NCBI GenBank assembly: GCA_963716725.1
Contig: CAVQUB010000013.1
Location: forward strand, 288,001 to 352,000
Source: an uncultured delta proteobacterium
GTDB taxonomy: Bacteria; Myxococcota_A; Polyangia; Polyangiales; Polyangiaceae
Reading direction: 5' to 3'
DNA: 64,000 nucleotides
Part shown: positions 19,901 to 30,103 of the stretch, one piece after another
Layout: each line of letters begins with the position of its first letter
Numbering within the stretch: the stretch's first letter is position 1
Program-made: the position numbers and the translations under genes
Notes under the pieces: generated by a model
What the model saw: the letters and a program-made list of their open reading frames with translations, nothing else
What the model was told of the DNA's origin: nothing
Databases searched by the model: none

Positions 19901-20881
19901 ATGATCGAGGTCGAGCGCCTGACGAAGGACTACGGCACCGTCGTGGCCGTGCGCGACGTGTCCTTCCAAGTGGGCAAGGGCGAGGTCGTCGGATTCCTCG
20001 GCCCGAACGGCGCCGGCAAGAGCACGACCATGCGCATCTTGGTCGGGTTCCTGGGCGCGACGAGCGGCAGCGTGCGCGTCGCCGGACACGACATCGTGGA
20101 CGACAGCCTCGAGGCGCGTCGCTGCATCGGTTACATGCCCGAGTCTGCGCCGCTCTACATGGAGATGCGCGTCCGCGAGTACCTGGCCTTTCGCGCTGCC
20201 GTGAAGAAGGTCCCGCGAGCCGAGCGCAAGTCCGCGGTGGATCGCGCGATGAGTCTGGCGGTCGTCACCGAGATGGCAGACACGGTGGTGGGCCATCTCT
20301 CGAAGGGCTATCGACAGCGCGTGGGGTTGGCAGATGCGCTGGTGGCGAACCCTCCCCTGCTGATCTTGGACGAACCGACCGCAGGGCTCGATCCGAACCA
20401 GATCCGGGAGGTTCGGCGGCTGATCCGCGATCTGGGCGAGAGCCACACCATCTTGCTCTCGACGCACATCTTGAGCGAGGTGGAGACGACCTGCGACCGC
20501 GCCATCGTCATCGATCGGGGCCGACTGGTCGCGGAAGGCAGCATCGAAGAACTGCGCGCCCGGCGCCGAGCCGAAGGGGGACTGATCACCGTGCGCGGCG
20601 ATCGCGCCCGCGCCGTCTCGGCCGTCGAAGCACTGCCGGAAGTGCGCCGAGTCAAGGCACGTAGAGGCGAGGCCGACGGGCTCTGGCGGCTCAGCGTGGC
20701 GCTAAAAAAGGACTCGACGGACGTCGGCACCATGCTCGAGTCCGCCGTGGGCGCGCTGATCTCGGCGGGGCTCTCGGTGCGCGAAGCCGGGCCGTCGCGA
20801 GCGACGCTCGAAGACGTGTTTGCCGAACTGACCAAGGCCGAGAGCAACAACGCTTCGGATGAGGACGAGGACGACACATGA
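19901..20881 (+). CDS. ABC transporter ATP-binding protein (GldA-like)
   Basis: GPNGAGKST, LSKGYRQRVGLA, LILDEPT.GLDPNQ. Confidence 0.95.
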   Translation: MIEVERLTKDYGTVVAVRDVSFQVGKGEVVGFLGPNGAGKSTTMRILVGFLGATSGSVRVAGHDIVDDSLEARRCIGYMPESAPLYMEMRVREYLAFRAAVKKVPRAERKSAVDRAMSLAVVTEMADTVVGHLSKGYRQRVGLADALVANPPLLILDEPTAGLDPNQIREVRRLIRDLGESHTILLSTHILSEVETTCDRAIVIDRGRLVAEGSIEELRARRRAEGGLITVRGDRARAVSAVEALPEVRRVKARRGEADGLWRLSVALKKDSTDVGTMLESAVGALISAGLSVREAGPSRATLEDVFAELTKAESNNASDEDEDDT

Positions 20882-21624
20882 GCGGAGTGTTGCCCATTCT
20901 TCGCCGGGAGCTTCTGGCGCTCTGGGTCACACCCCTGGCCTGGGTGCTCCTGGTGGTCTTCCTGCTGATCCAAGGGCTCAGCTTCTATTCCATCGTCGTG
21001 CACGTCTCGAGCATGACCACCGCGTCCATCGACAGCGGACCGGTGCAAGCCTACTTTGGCCAGTCGATCTTCCTGTTGGTGTCGCTGCTCTTGGTCTGCC
21101 CCGCGCTGACCATGCGCGTCTTCGCCGAAGAGCGGCGGAGCGGCACCATCGAGGCGCTCTTGACCGCACCCGTGACCCCGGCGGGGGTCGTGCTCGGCAA
21201 GTATCTCGCAACCCTGGCCACCTACGTCGCCATGTGGGCTCCGACGCTCCTGTACATCTTGATTCTGCGCAACACCGGTCAGGTGGACTGGCGGGTGGTC
21301 GGCTCCAGCTACCTCGGAGTCTTCGGGGTCGGCGCCGGCTACCTCGCGGTCGGCACGCTGATGAGCGCCATGACCAAGAGCCAGCTCACGGCATTCTTGC
21401 TGACCGTGCTGGTCATCTTCGGCCTGTTCATCTTGGGCATCGGCGAATACGTCTTCGAAGCGGGCATGCTTCGGGACCTCTCGTCGCACGTCTCGGTGCT
21501 CTCCCAGATGGACGAGATGGCGAAGGGCATCGTCGACCTGCGGCGGCTGGTCTTCGACGGAACGCTGATCGGGCTGCCGCTCTTCGTCACGGTGCGGGTG
21601 GTCGACTCGTGGAGGTGGGGCTGA
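20878..21624 (+). CDS. ABC-2 permease (GldF-like)
   Basis: PALTMR.FAEERRSGTIE.LLTAP, VLGKY; six TM segments; ATGA coupling. Confidence 0.92.
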   Translation: MSGVLPILRRELLALWVTPLAWVLLVVFLLIQGLSFYSIVVHVSSMTTASIDSGPVQAYFGQSIFLLVSLLLVCPALTMRVFAEERRSGTIEALLTAPVTPAGVVLGKYLATLATYVAMWAPTLLYILILRNTGQVDWRVVGSSYLGVFGVGAGYLAVGTLMSAMTKSQLTAFLLTVLVIFGLFILGIGEYVFEAGMLRDLSSHVSVLSQMDEMAKGIVDLRRLVFDGTLIGLPLFVTVRVVDSWRWG

Positions 21625-23231
21625 TGTCCAAGCAGCCGACGGCGGAAGCGAAGCGCCCAGCCAGGGGCGCCGTCACGCCGACCTTCAAGGCACTGGCGGC
21701 TGCGGGCGTGCTCGCGGCCGCCGTGATCGCGGTCCTCTGCAACGTGCTGGTGGCGCGCTTCTACAAGCGATGGGACGTCACCCGAGGCGGGCTCTACACC
21801 CTGTCACCCGCGACGGTGGAGACTCTGCAGGGCCTGGGCGCGCCGGTGGAGATCATCGTCTTTCTGAGCGCCAGCGATCCGCTCTCCGTCAGCGTTCGTC
21901 ACATGCTCACGTCCTATGGCGCCGAGACCACCAAGATCAACGCGCGTTACGTGGACCCCGACCGCAGCCCTGCCGAGTTCCTGGCGCTACAGCAGAAATA
22001 CGGCATCGTGGCCGGCAAGACCGACGACGGTCGCGTCGTCACCGACGCGAGCTTGGTCATCGTCCGCGGCGAGCGTCACTGGTTCGTGACCACGGACGAC
22101 ATGGTCGCGGTCGATGACGACGAAGGGCGAAGCAAGCCGCGGCTCGAGCAGGCGTTGACGGAGGGGATCCGCAACGTGCTCGAGAAGCAGTCCACCAAGA
22201 TCTGTTTCTCGACGGGCCACCAGGAGATTTCCATCGACGATGGCGGACCCCAGGGGTTGGCCGAGTTGCGCTTCCGGCTGCAGAAGAACAACTACGAGAG
22301 CGTCCTGGTGGACTTCTCGTCGCCGAAGCCGAGCGTCGCGCTGACCGAGTGTCAGGTCTTGGCAGTGGTAGGCCCCGAGGTCCCGGTCTCGGAGAAAGTG
22401 GCCAAACAGCTCACGGACTACCTGCTCGGCGGCGGCAACGTGCTGGTGATGGTCAACCCAGTGCTCGACGACGACAACCGCATTCGCAGCACCGGCCTCG
22501 ATCCACTCGGGCGCGCGGCGGGCATCGAACTCGGCAATGACTTCATCATCGAGAAATCGGAACAGGCGCGGCTGCCCCAGGGCCTGGGTGAGACCTTCTT
22601 CGCCCTGCCCCGGGCCCACGGCATCACCAGCGGACTGCTGAAGGGCGACCAGGCGCGTTTCAAGGTCATGCTCAGCGCCGCGCAGAGCCTCCGAGCCACG
22701 ACCGGATCGGCCGCCCAACCCTTGCTCACCACCAGCGCCGAAGCCTTCGCCCTGAAGGACGTGCGGCCCTTCGTCGAGCAGGGCAAGCCCGTCGAGAAGA
22801 GCCCGAGCGACGCCGCAGGTCCGTTCACCGTCGCCTACGCCGTCGAGCTGCCCAAGGCGGCGGGGTCCGAAGCCGCGCACGGGCCCCGCGCCGTCTTTGC
22901 CGCGAGTGCCAACCTGGCGTGGGGTCGGAATTGGCGCGAGCCCACCCTGCTCGGCAACCGGCTCTTCGTCGAGAGCGCGCTTTCCTGGCTGGCGGCACGC
23001 CCCGCGCTGGTCAGCGTCCCAGAAAAGCAAAGCTACGACGCGGGCCTGGCGTTGACCGAAGAGTCGCTGAGTGAGGTGCTCCGCTACGTGTTGATCTACA
23101 TGCCGCTCTCGGCGATCGCGCTGGGCGCCTTCGTGATGCTGCGTCGTCGCTCCAAAGAGAAGCGCTCCCGAGGCGCCGCCGCGGCAGGCACCAAGGCCGA
23201 TGGAGCCGACAGCGGAGACCCAGAGCGATGA
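21624..23231 (+). CDS. GldG-like ABC auxiliary component
   Basis: WDVT....YTLS..T, YVDPD, F.TGH.E; N- and C-terminal TM segments. Confidence 0.88.
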   Translation: MSKQPTAEAKRPARGAVTPTFKALAAAGVLAAAVIAVLCNVLVARFYKRWDVTRGGLYTLSPATVETLQGLGAPVEIIVFLSASDPLSVSVRHMLTSYGAETTKINARYVDPDRSPAEFLALQQKYGIVAGKTDDGRVVTDASLVIVRGERHWFVTTDDMVAVDDDEGRSKPRLEQALTEGIRNVLEKQSTKICFSTGHQEISIDDGGPQGLAELRFRLQKNNYESVLVDFSSPKPSVALTECQVLAVVGPEVPVSEKVAKQLTDYLLGGGNVLVMVNPVLDDDNRIRSTGLDPLGRAAGIELGNDFIIEKSEQARLPQGLGETFFALPRAHGITSGLLKGDQARFKVMLSAAQSLRATTGSAAQPLLTTSAEAFALKDVRPFVEQGKPVEKSPSDAAGPFTVAYAVELPKAAGSEAAHGPRAVFAASANLAWGRNWREPTLLGNRLFVESALSWLAARPALVSVPEKQSYDAGLALTEESLSEVLRYVLIYMPLSAIALGAFVMLRRRSKEKRSRGAAAAGTKADGADSGDPER

Positions 23232-25420
23232 CTCAGGGCATGCGGCGGCAGATCGTCAACCTGGTGCTGGTCGTCGCGGCGCTCGCTCTGGTGGGCGTCG
23301 TAGTCTCGACCCAGCGCCAGGTCACCACCGGGGAGAAAGACGCACGTTCGTTCAACCTGCTGACGGCGTTCCGCGAGGACGACATCACGCGCATCACCTC
23401 GGTCCGAGACGGGAAGCGGCTGGTGATCGATCGCGCGACGAGCCCCGATGCCGGCGATCGCAGCTGGAACATCACCGAACCGGTGCAGGAAGAGGCCGAG
23501 GCCTACGCCATCGACAAGCTCTTGGGCTCCCTCGAGTTCGCCCGCTTCGTACGTCGAATCAAGCCCGAGGAGGTGAACCGCGCGGAGTTCGGGCTAGAAA
23601 CGCCCAGTTGGCGGATCGTGCTCGAGATGGGCAACGTGCACTACGCGCTCGCCTTCGGCAAAGAGGCCGCCTCGCCCGCCGGAGCGCGCTACCTCGAGCT
23701 CGAGGCCCGGGGCGGTCCCGAGAGCGGCGTCTTCTTGGTGAGCCGCGACTTGGTCAAAGAGCTCGACATCGACGCCGGAGCCCTCCGGGGTCGCCAGTTG
23801 ATGCCCTACACCTCGAATCAGCTTTCGCACGTGGTCATCACCGGGAGCGACGGAGTCGAACGCAAGCTGAAGAGCGCAGGGCGCGATCGCTGGCGCTTCG
23901 ACGGGATGCAGCACGGCGTGCGGGTGAACCGCGACGTCTTCGACCAGGTTTTGATCCAATTCGCTCGGACCAAGGCCGAACACTTCATCGATCGAGCCGA
24001 GGCCGAGGCGGCCCTCGCTGGCGGCAAGAACGTCCGCGTCGAGCTGACCCCCAAGGAGGCGGGCCTCCCCAAAGGAGTGATCGAGGTCGGGGGGCGCTGT
24101 CCGAAGAGCGAGAACGACGTCGTGGCCTTGCGCCGGGAGCCCGATGTCGTGGCCGCGTGCGTTCCGAAATCGGTGCTGCCCGGGCTGGACACACCCGCCG
24201 TCGAGCTGGTGGACAAACACCTGTTTGCGCTGCGCAAGGACGAGGTCGAGTCGCTCTCGGTGGTTCGAGGGGACAAGAAGCTGGACCTCGCGCGCAAAGA
24301 GAGCGGCTTCGTGATGCGCTCACCGGTCCAGGGTGAGGTGGAGCTCGAGACCGGCAATCGCCGGATCGAGGCCATCGTGCGCGCCGAAGGCGCGCTCCTG
24401 CTGGACGCCAAGGCCGCCGACCTGGGCCTCGAGCCTCCAACAGGCAAGATCACGCTGCGGTCTTCGGCCGAGAGCGACGAAGCGGTCGTGGAAGAGACGG
24501 TCGAAATTGGTCGCGTCGGGAAATCCGGCAAGCTCGCCGTGCGCCGGGTCGCCGATGGCATGGTGCTCGAGCTCGACCCCGACGCAGCGCGGACCCTGGA
24601 GGCCGACTCGACTCTGATCCGAGGCCTCCGGCTCTTGGATTTCTCGGGAGCAGACTTCCGCAGCCTCGAAGTCCGCGGAAGGAGCGTGAAGCAGACGATC
24701 CACCGCGAAGCCTCGGGCCAGATCGTGCTGGATGTTCCGGCTGGCAACAGCGCGGACACGGCGCTCACCGGCGACGCCATCCACGAGCTCGGGCGGCTGA
24801 CCGCCGATCGCTGGGTGAGTGATGTCGAGGATCCCAGCTTCGGACTCGCCAGCCCCGAGCTCACGGTCGAGCTCAGCTTCGCTACCGGTGACGCCGGGGT
24901 GAAAGATCGCGTGCTCACCGTCGGCGCGTCCACCGCCGGCGGCGCGTTCGCGAAGCTGGCAGGCGAGCCGGGGGTCTTCGTAATGCCGCGCCGCGCCATC
25001 GACGCGCTCGATACCTGGTTCCTCGATCGCACGGTATTCACAGTCACGCCGGACGTCGCCACCAAGGTCGAGATTGAGCGCCAGGGCAAGAAGCTCACCC
25101 TCGAGCGCCAGGGCGACGGCTTCGTCCGCGCGGCGGGCGTCGAGCTGTCGCCGGCCCGCGTCGCGGAGATCTCCGACACCCTGATCGCCCTGCGCGCCGA
25201 GGCGGCAGTCGCGCTGGGCGCAGCCAAACCGGCGCAGGGCTTCGACAAGCCGGAGGTCACCGTTCGCGTCGAGCGCACGGGCGAGGGTCCCAAGAGCTTC
25301 CGTATCGGCGTCGGCGACGCCTGGCGCGGTCAGAGCATCCACTATGTGCGAGCCGATGGCGTGGATGCGACCTACGTCATGGCGAAGACCAAGGCCAAAG
25401 TGCTGATCGACGCATTTTGA
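23228..25420 (+). CDS. DUF4340-repeat membrane-anchored protein
   Basis: N-terminal TM; repeated W....P...A...FGL..P...I.L...L.VG modules; usual partner of GldAFG-like operons. Confidence 0.8.
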   Translation: MTQGMRRQIVNLVLVVAALALVGVVVSTQRQVTTGEKDARSFNLLTAFREDDITRITSVRDGKRLVIDRATSPDAGDRSWNITEPVQEEAEAYAIDKLLGSLEFARFVRRIKPEEVNRAEFGLETPSWRIVLEMGNVHYALAFGKEAASPAGARYLELEARGGPESGVFLVSRDLVKELDIDAGALRGRQLMPYTSNQLSHVVITGSDGVERKLKSAGRDRWRFDGMQHGVRVNRDVFDQVLIQFARTKAEHFIDRAEAEAALAGGKNVRVELTPKEAGLPKGVIEVGGRCPKSENDVVALRREPDVVAACVPKSVLPGLDTPAVELVDKHLFALRKDEVESLSVVRGDKKLDLARKESGFVMRSPVQGEVELETGNRRIEAIVRAEGALLLDAKAADLGLEPPTGKITLRSSAESDEAVVEETVEIGRVGKSGKLAVRRVADGMVLELDPDAARTLEADSTLIRGLRLLDFSGADFRSLEVRGRSVKQTIHREASGQIVLDVPAGNSADTALTGDAIHELGRLTADRWVSDVEDPSFGLASPELTVELSFATGDAGVKDRVLTVGASTAGGAFAKLAGEPGVFVMPRRAIDALDTWFLDRTVFTVTPDVATKVEIERQGKKLTLERQGDGFVRAAGVELSPARVAEISDTLIALRAEAAVALGAAKPAQGFDKPEVTVRVERTGEGPKSFRIGVGDAWRGQSIHYVRADGVDATYVMAKTKAKVLIDAF

Positions 25421-25822
25421 TCAGCTCGGCGCGCTCGGCTTCTTCTTGTGCGCCCAGATCACGTCCCAGCCGTTCCGGTACTCGTCGCTCGACACCTGGG
25501 GCGGTCCGCTCGAAACGCGCGCCCGCTCTGCCGGCGCGCTCGCTGCCGTGGGGTCGCTCGCGCGACTCGGCGTGTACTGCACCTCGACGTCGCACACGCG
25601 CGGCGAGTCGGGGCGGGGCTTCAGCTTCACGACCTCGCCGAGGATGGGCTTGCCCTCCTCCATGGGCTGGACGCGACCGACCTCTACCTGGCCTTCCCGC
25701 AAGCGCACGACGCCGACGCCCTTGCCGTCCGGCAACTGCGCGCCGAGCACGACTACGTCGTCACCCGCAGGTTTGCCCCCAGATGCCCCGGAGGATCCCC
25801 TGGAGTCGCGGTCTTCAGTCAA
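25421..25822 (-). CDS. hypothetical protein
   Basis: Globular-looking core (DVVVLG...VVRLREG.VEVG...GEVVKL) and GPPQV.S.EYR.GW..IW tail; start uncertain. Confidence 0.6.
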   Translation of the reverse strand: MTEDRDSRGSSGASGGKPAGDDVVVLGAQLPDGKGVGVVRLREGQVEVGRVQPMEEGKPILGEVVKLKPRPDSPRVCDVEVQYTPSRASDPTAASAPAERARVSSGPPQVSSDEYRNGWDVIWAHKKKPSAPS

Positions 25823-25845
25823 CCCGAGCAGCCTAGCACGAGGGC

Positions 25846-26517
25846 TCAGTGCTGCCTGGGCCAGTGCGCGGGTGCGCGCGCCACGCGCTCGATGAAGTGC
25901 ACCAGCCTGAGCCCGAGCTGAAGCTGCGCTCGATCCGGCGCACCCCACTGCCAACGGTATAGCGCGCGGGCATCGGCGAGCAAGCGCGTGCCTCCTACCT
26001 CGACGCCGAGGGCAGCAGTGCCGAAGGGCGCGTAGATCCCGAAACCGCGATCGTCATCGACCTCGTCGATTTCGAACATGAGCGCGCCGACGCCGAGGCT
26101 CCCGAACAGCACGGGGGTGCGGTACCCGAGCCAGAAGCCGAAGGGCAGGCCACCCCCGCCGGAGCCGTCGGCGATCCACAGCTCGCCGCCGAGCGTGACG
26201 CCCCCCACCGGCCCGCGACCCTCGTAGCGGCCGGCGCCAAAACCCTCGAGCTCGAGCCGGCCGAACCAACCGTTCGGCGCACGCTCGGTGAAGACCCGGC
26301 CCACCGTGGCCGAGAGCCCGCCCCCCGCCGAGCTGCCGTCCGTGGGCTCCCTCCGGGCGACGACGGGCGCTTCTGCCTGCCCGTGCCCGAGCGCCCGCGG
26401 CTGCTCCGCGCTCTCCGGTCCGACCGCCACCTTCAGCTCGGCACGAGCGCCTATCGGCTCAGCCGCAACTGCGAGCGCAGCCCACCAGGCCACGACCGCC
26501 ACACACCGCGCGCTCAC
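25846..26517 (-). CDS. secreted/outer-membrane beta-strand-rich protein
   Basis: GTG start overlapping the upstream stop; signal peptide; alternating amphipathic beta pattern. Confidence 0.55.
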   Translation of the reverse strand: MSARCVAVVAWWAALAVAAEPIGARAELKVAVGPESAEQPRALGHGQAEAPVVARREPTDGSSAGGGLSATVGRVFTERAPNGWFGRLELEGFGAGRYEGRGPVGGVTLGGELWIADGSGGGGLPFGFWLGYRTPVLFGSLGVGALMFEIDEVDDDRGFGIYAPFGTAALGVEVGGTRLLADARALYRWQWGAPDRAQLQLGLRLVHFIERVARAPAHWPRQH

Positions 26518-27398
26518 ATGCCGATGGCGGTGCGAAAGACCCATCCCTCGGCGCCCTTTGCATCGTACTTGATTCGATACCAATCGCCGTCGCGTCCGCT
26601 GACTACTACCCGCGTGCCGCGCATCAAGCGCGCGACGATTTCGCCGTCCTTGGGCTGGTCGCGCACGATGCCCACCTCCCACGCGACGGTGGCACGGCCA
26701 CTCGCGGTCTCGACCTCTTTGGTCGGCGTGTCCTGATCGGGCTTCGGTCCTGGCGGGCGCAGGTCGACCAGCGTGAAGACCGTGTACTTCGCGTGCTCGT
26801 GTTTGACGTCCGCCAACGACAAGGACTGGAGCTCCTTCTTGGCGCAGACGATCAGAGCATCGGCGGTGGCGTCCGGGAGATTCGTGCTCTTTCCCTTGAG
26901 CACGTCGGTGGCTTTGCCGCTGGCGAAATCGAGCTCGATGCCCAACGACAGCTTGCCCTGAACGCCTTCGGCCGCTGGACAGCCTGCGAGGGCCAAGACC
27001 TTCGGCCGAATCAGGGAATCGACCTCGATCGAGTCGCACTTCTCTTTGCGCGCGCCTTTGGCGTCACGGCAGCTCGTGACCGATGCTGGAGAAACGTCGA
27101 ATCGATCACTGGGCTCCGCCGGGACCTCGGCCGCCGCTGCGGGGACCACCTTCGCCGCCGGGAGCTTCGCGGCGCCCGGCGAAGCCGAAGATCCGGTCTT
27201 CGGATCGTCGCTGCTCGCGGCCGCGGCGGGTTCGTTCTCGACCGGCGCGCTCGGAACCAGCTTGACCCCGGCCAGTCGAGGCCAGATGACCCCGATGGCA
27301 AAACCCACGACCGCGATGGCAGCGACGCGGCCAAGGCGTGGCTGATCGTCGCCCGCTTTCGGGATTCGGACGGAAAGGCCGCTCTTGTCTGGGGTCAT
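26514..27398 (-). CDS. membrane-anchored protein with C-terminal SH3b domain
   Basis: N-terminal TM; C-terminal VRD.P..GEIVARL..GT.V.V..R.GDWYRI....EGWV. Confidence 0.8.
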   Translation of the reverse strand: MTPDKSGLSVRIPKAGDDQPRLGRVAAIAVVGFAIGVIWPRLAGVKLVPSAPVENEPAAAASSDDPKTGSSASPGAAKLPAAKVVPAAAAEVPAEPSDRFDVSPASVTSCRDAKGARKEKCDSIEVDSLIRPKVLALAGCPAAEGVQGKLSLGIELDFASGKATDVLKGKSTNLPDATADALIVCAKKELQSLSLADVKHEHAKYTVFTLVDLRPPGPKPDQDTPTKEVETASGRATVAWEVGIVRDQPKDGEIVARLMRGTRVVVSGRDGDWYRIKYDAKGAEGWVFRTAIGM

Positions 27399-27558
27399 CG
27401 GAGGCAAAAGCCCGGACGGGACCGGGCCGTTGCCCACCCCTTAGCACGCGCTGGTCCGGACGGAAAAATGCGTGGATAGGCCGATTCTCGCGGACTTTCC
27501 TCGAAGCCCTTCCAACAGGCTCTAGCCTGGCAGAGGATAGCCCCCTGCCCCGGCCGCC

Positions 27559-29283
27559 ATGAAAGCCTGCCCGCAGTGCAAGCTGAAGTACCCCTCGGAC
27601 AAGATCACTTGTTTCGTGGACGGCGCCGCTTTGGCCGAGATCCAGGATCCGCGCATCGGAACCACGGTCGCGGGACGTTACCAGATCGAGGACGTCGTCG
27701 GCGAGGGCGGGATGGCCACCGTCTACCGCGCCAAGCATCGGGTGAGTGACCGACACGTCGCCATAAAGATCATGAACGCGACGCTCGCGAGGAACTCCGT
27801 CATTCAGGAGCGCTTCCGCCGCGAGGCAAAGGCCGCACAAAAGATCGCTCACCCGAACATCATCGAGATCTTGGAGCAGGGCGAGACCGGCGACGGCAGC
27901 CTCTACCTGGTGATGGAGCTGCTCGAAGGGGAGACGCTGGCGGACGTCGTGGACGCCGGCAAGGTGCCGGTTGACCGCGCGCTTCGAATTCTGATCCAGG
28001 TTGCTCGGGCACTAGCCCGCGCTCACGACCTCGAGGTCATCCACCGGGACCTGAAGCCGGAGAACATCTTCTTGGCGCACCTTCCCGAGAGCGAGGAGTT
28101 GGTCAAACTTCTCGACTTCGGCATCGCGCGATCGATGCAGGACGTCCGCCTCACCGGCTCCGGCGAGGTCTTCGGAACGCCGCAGTACATGGCTCCTGAA
28201 CGCATCACTTCGACGGAAGCCGGACCCGCAGCCGACCTCTACGCGCTGGGCATCATGGCCTTCGAGATGCTCACCGGTCGCCTGCCCTTCCAAGCCAACG
28301 ACGTCGCGAGTTGGTTCATCAAGCACATGAAAGAAGCGCCTCCGTCGATGAGGCAGTTCGAGCCCGCTCTCCCGGAGACGCTCGACGACCTCGTCCTGGA
28401 GTTGCTGGCCAAAGACCCTTCGGATCGACCGGTGGACGCCCACAAGGTGCACAACGATCTGGTCGCGATCGCCGAGACGCTGGGAGTGCACCTCCCGGTC
28501 GAGGCCGACGACGACGCGGTCAGCTCGCACTTGCCCGTGACGTCGGAGCGGAGCGCCGTCGATCGCTGGACGCGTCGCCTCGAAGTTTTCGAGCTGATGC
28601 TGATGCGCGCGTATCCGAGCAACCGACCCGCCGATCTGGTGCAGATGCTCTCCCAGGTCAAAGCCAAGCTCGCCGAGCTCTCGGAGGTGGGCGCCGCAGG
28701 ATCCGAAGTTCAGCTCCAGCTCGAAGCCGTCGAGGCCCGGGGTCGGGAGGGACGACAGCGCTTGGGACACGCCGTGCACGCGCTCGGCGTGGACGCGAGC
28801 CGGGCCCGCGAAGACGCCAAGACCGCGGACTCCACCATCACCGCACAGACGGCCGAGGTGTCGCGCTTCGCAGAAGACTACCTCGCCGCCCACCAGAAGG
28901 CCGTCTACTGGGAAGGCCGGTCGGGGTTCATGATGCCTTACCTGCAGCTCGCCGCCGCCTACCGCGCCATCGCCGATCTGGTCGACGCCTGGCTCGAAGC
29001 CAAGAAGGCCCTCGACGCGGCCACTCGCACGGCCGAGTCGAAGCGCGCGGAGGTGAGCGATCTCGAATTCCAGATCCAGTCGCTGCGCAGCGCTCTCGCC
29101 ACGAAGGAAGAGAGCATCGAGAAGGAAGTGGCGGAGGGCAACCGCCAGCTTCACGACCTCGGAGAACGCGCGGACACCATCGAAACGGAGCTGCTCGAGC
29201 TGGCGACCAAGTTCTGCTCGCCCCTGCGCACGCGACCGGAGCTCGGATTGCTGTTCACGAAGCTCGAGAACGTGGCTGCCTGA
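27559..29283 (+). CDS. Ser/Thr protein kinase with N-terminal Cys motif and C-terminal coiled coil
   Basis: CPQC...[32 protein letters not shown]. Confidence 0.93.
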   Translation: MKACPQCKLKYPSDKITCFVDGAALAEIQDPRIGTTVAGRYQIEDVVGEGGMATVYRAKHRVSDRHVAIKIMNATLARNSVIQERFRREAKAAQKIAHPNIIEILEQGETGDGSLYLVMELLEGETLADVVDAGKVPVDRALRILIQVARALARAHDLEVIHRDLKPENIFLAHLPESEELVKLLDFGIARSMQDVRLTGSGEVFGTPQYMAPERITSTEAGPAADLYALGIMAFEMLTGRLPFQANDVASWFIKHMKEAPPSMRQFEPALPETLDDLVLELLAKDPSDRPVDAHKVHNDLVAIAETLGVHLPVEADDDAVSSHLPVTSERSAVDRWTRRLEVFELMLMRAYPSNRPADLVQMLSQVKAKLAELSEVGAAGSEVQLQLEAVEARGREGRQRLGHAVHALGVDASRAREDAKTADSTITAQTAEVSRFAEDYLAAHQKAVYWEGRSGFMMPYLQLAAAYRAIADLVDAWLEAKKALDAATRTAESKRAEVSDLEFQIQSLRSALATKEESIEKEVAEGNRQLHDLGERADTIETELLELATKFCSPLRTRPELGLLFTKLENVAA

Positions 29284-30103
29284 CGCGCTCGGCGACCACC
29301 AGCAGCTCGTCGATGGGACCCCGGGCAGTGGGCCGTGAATTGATGTTGCGCGCCACCTTGACCTTCTTTGCCCGAAAGCCCCGGTAGAGTGCCCGGGTCG
29401 CCGGGGTATCCGAGTTCGAGAGCACCGCGTGCACGCCTCGCCGTTCGAAATCGGCGAAGACCCGAGCCAGGCGCTCGTGCTCCGTCGAACCGAAGGGGTG
29501 GCGCGCGTAGGCTGTGAAATTTGCGGTTCGCGACAGGGGCACGTAGGGCGGGTCCAAGTAGACGGCATCCCCACGTCGTGCGCGCCGGCAGACCTCCTCG
29601 AAATCGGCTTCGACGATCTCGACCCGCGCGAGCACTTGGCCTGCGGCCCGCAGGTTCTCGGCGTCGCAAATGTTGGGGTTCTTGTACCTGCCGAAGGGCA
29701 CGTTGAACTGCCCGGATCGGTTCACCCGATACAAGCCGTTGTATCCGGTCTTGTTCAGGTAGATGACCCGAGCCGCGCGCTTGACCAGACTCCGGGGAGC
29801 GAGGGCGCGAACCCGATAGTACTCGTCCTCCGAGTGGTGCATGCCTTCGAGTTCACGAACCACGCCCTCGGCGTCCGTTTGAAGCGCCCGGTAGACGGCC
29901 AGCAGATCCGGGTTTCGGTCCGCCAGCACGGCCTTCTGGAATCGCCCCTGCGCGGCCAACGCGAAGAACACCGCCGCGCCTCCGGCGAAGGGCTCGAAGT
30001 AAGTGCCGATGCGTTCTGGGAGGAGCTCGAGGATCTCCGACGAGATTTGCGCCTTGCCACCGGCCCACTTGAGCACTGGACGAGCCGGAGCTCGGGACGT
30101 CAT
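29255..30103 (-). CDS. dam: D12-class N6-adenine DNA methyltransferase (Dam/DpnM-like), orphan
   Basis: LKWAGGK, YFEPFAGG, YNGLYRVN..GQFNVPFG, YLDPPY, LSNS, ELLV. Confidence 0.92.
   Translation of the reverse strand: MTSRAPARPVLKWAGGKAQISSEILELLPERIGTYFEPFAGGAAVFFALAAQGRFQKAVLADRNPDLLAVYRALQTDAEGVVRELEGMHHSEDEYYRVRALAPRSLVKRAARVIYLNKTGYNGLYRVNRSGQFNVPFGRYKNPNICDAENLRAAGQVLARVEIVEADFEEVCRRARRGDAVYLDPPYVPLSRTANFTAYARHPFGSTEHERLARVFADFERRGVHAVLSNSDTPATRALYRGFRAKKVKVARNINSRPTARGPIDELLVVAERVRQPRSRAS

Noticed and set aside
19901..25420. Gld ABC operon as evidence of Bacteroidota-type gliding or a novel system
   Set aside because: The GldA/F/G-like + DUF4340 operon is widespread in bacteria without T9SS; no other gld/spr genes are here
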